Source: a virus (taxonomy: Duplodnaviria > Caudoviricetes). From it: a stretch of DNA of 26,747 bases. The first letter of the stretch is position 1. The number at the start of each line of letters is the position of its first letter. The stretch covers positions 1 to 26,747 of the IMG/VR virus record IMGVR_UViG_3300030376_004613, one strand, 5' to 3'. Of the stretch, positions 26,561-26,747 are shown one piece after another. Under the pieces are notes generated by a model. It was not told the DNA's origin. It did not search any database and was given only the letters and a program-made list of their open reading frames with translations. The translations under genes were made by a program, and so were the position numbers.

Positions 26561-26747
26561 ATGGCGGCTTACCCTGAAAATACTGGTGGCATTATTTCAG
26601 CCATTAAAGCTTGCATTGTCGCAGCGGGAGGAACATTGACGGGAGAGTATCTCAACAATACTGGAGGCGTTATTCAAGCCTTGTTGGCATTGCAAACTGC
26701 AATCGCTGGAATGGGTGGTTCTGCTCTTGAAATCGAATTAACTGCCG
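26561..26747 (+). CDS. 5' part of a hypothetical (probably structural) protein, truncated by the window end
   Basis: Open frame MAAYPENTGGIISAIKACIVAAGG...YLNNTGGVIQALLAL... with an internal Y-x-x-NTGG-[IV]-I-x-A repeat. Confidence 0.7.
   Translation, partial: MAAYPENTGGIISAIKACIVAAGGTLTGEYLNNTGGVIQALLALQTAIAGMGGSALEIELTA

Overview
This is the virion-morphogenesis region of a marine cyanophage; the D1 sequence suggests a Prochlorococcus-type host (inference). The gene layout is neither T4-like nor T7-like. In order: a cluster of Gly-rich, probable internal/ejection proteins (1-5310); putative TerS, TerL, portal and a scaffold-like protein overlapping the portal by 485 nt; a ~7.7 kb accessory stretch (small outer-membrane beta-barrel, Cys-rich protein, psbA with a pseudoknotted leader, lysozyme+M15 peptidase lysin, three minus-strand genes, two tandem LAGLIDADG-family genes); the major capsid gene; and downstream head/tail genes. 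The main hidden feature is that the capsid gene (18382-20249) is split by three ORF-less group I introns (18401-18612, 18701-18948, 19691-19949); removing them restores a 382-aa frame that the ORF track misses. Directly upstream and divergent are two free-standing LAGLIDADG genes, one with acidic active-site residues and one lacking them. They are followed by a ~130-nt minus-strand non-coding segment that folds by eye into a doubly pseudoknotted RNA I cannot assign to a known family. All family calls come from motif recognition, not database searches.
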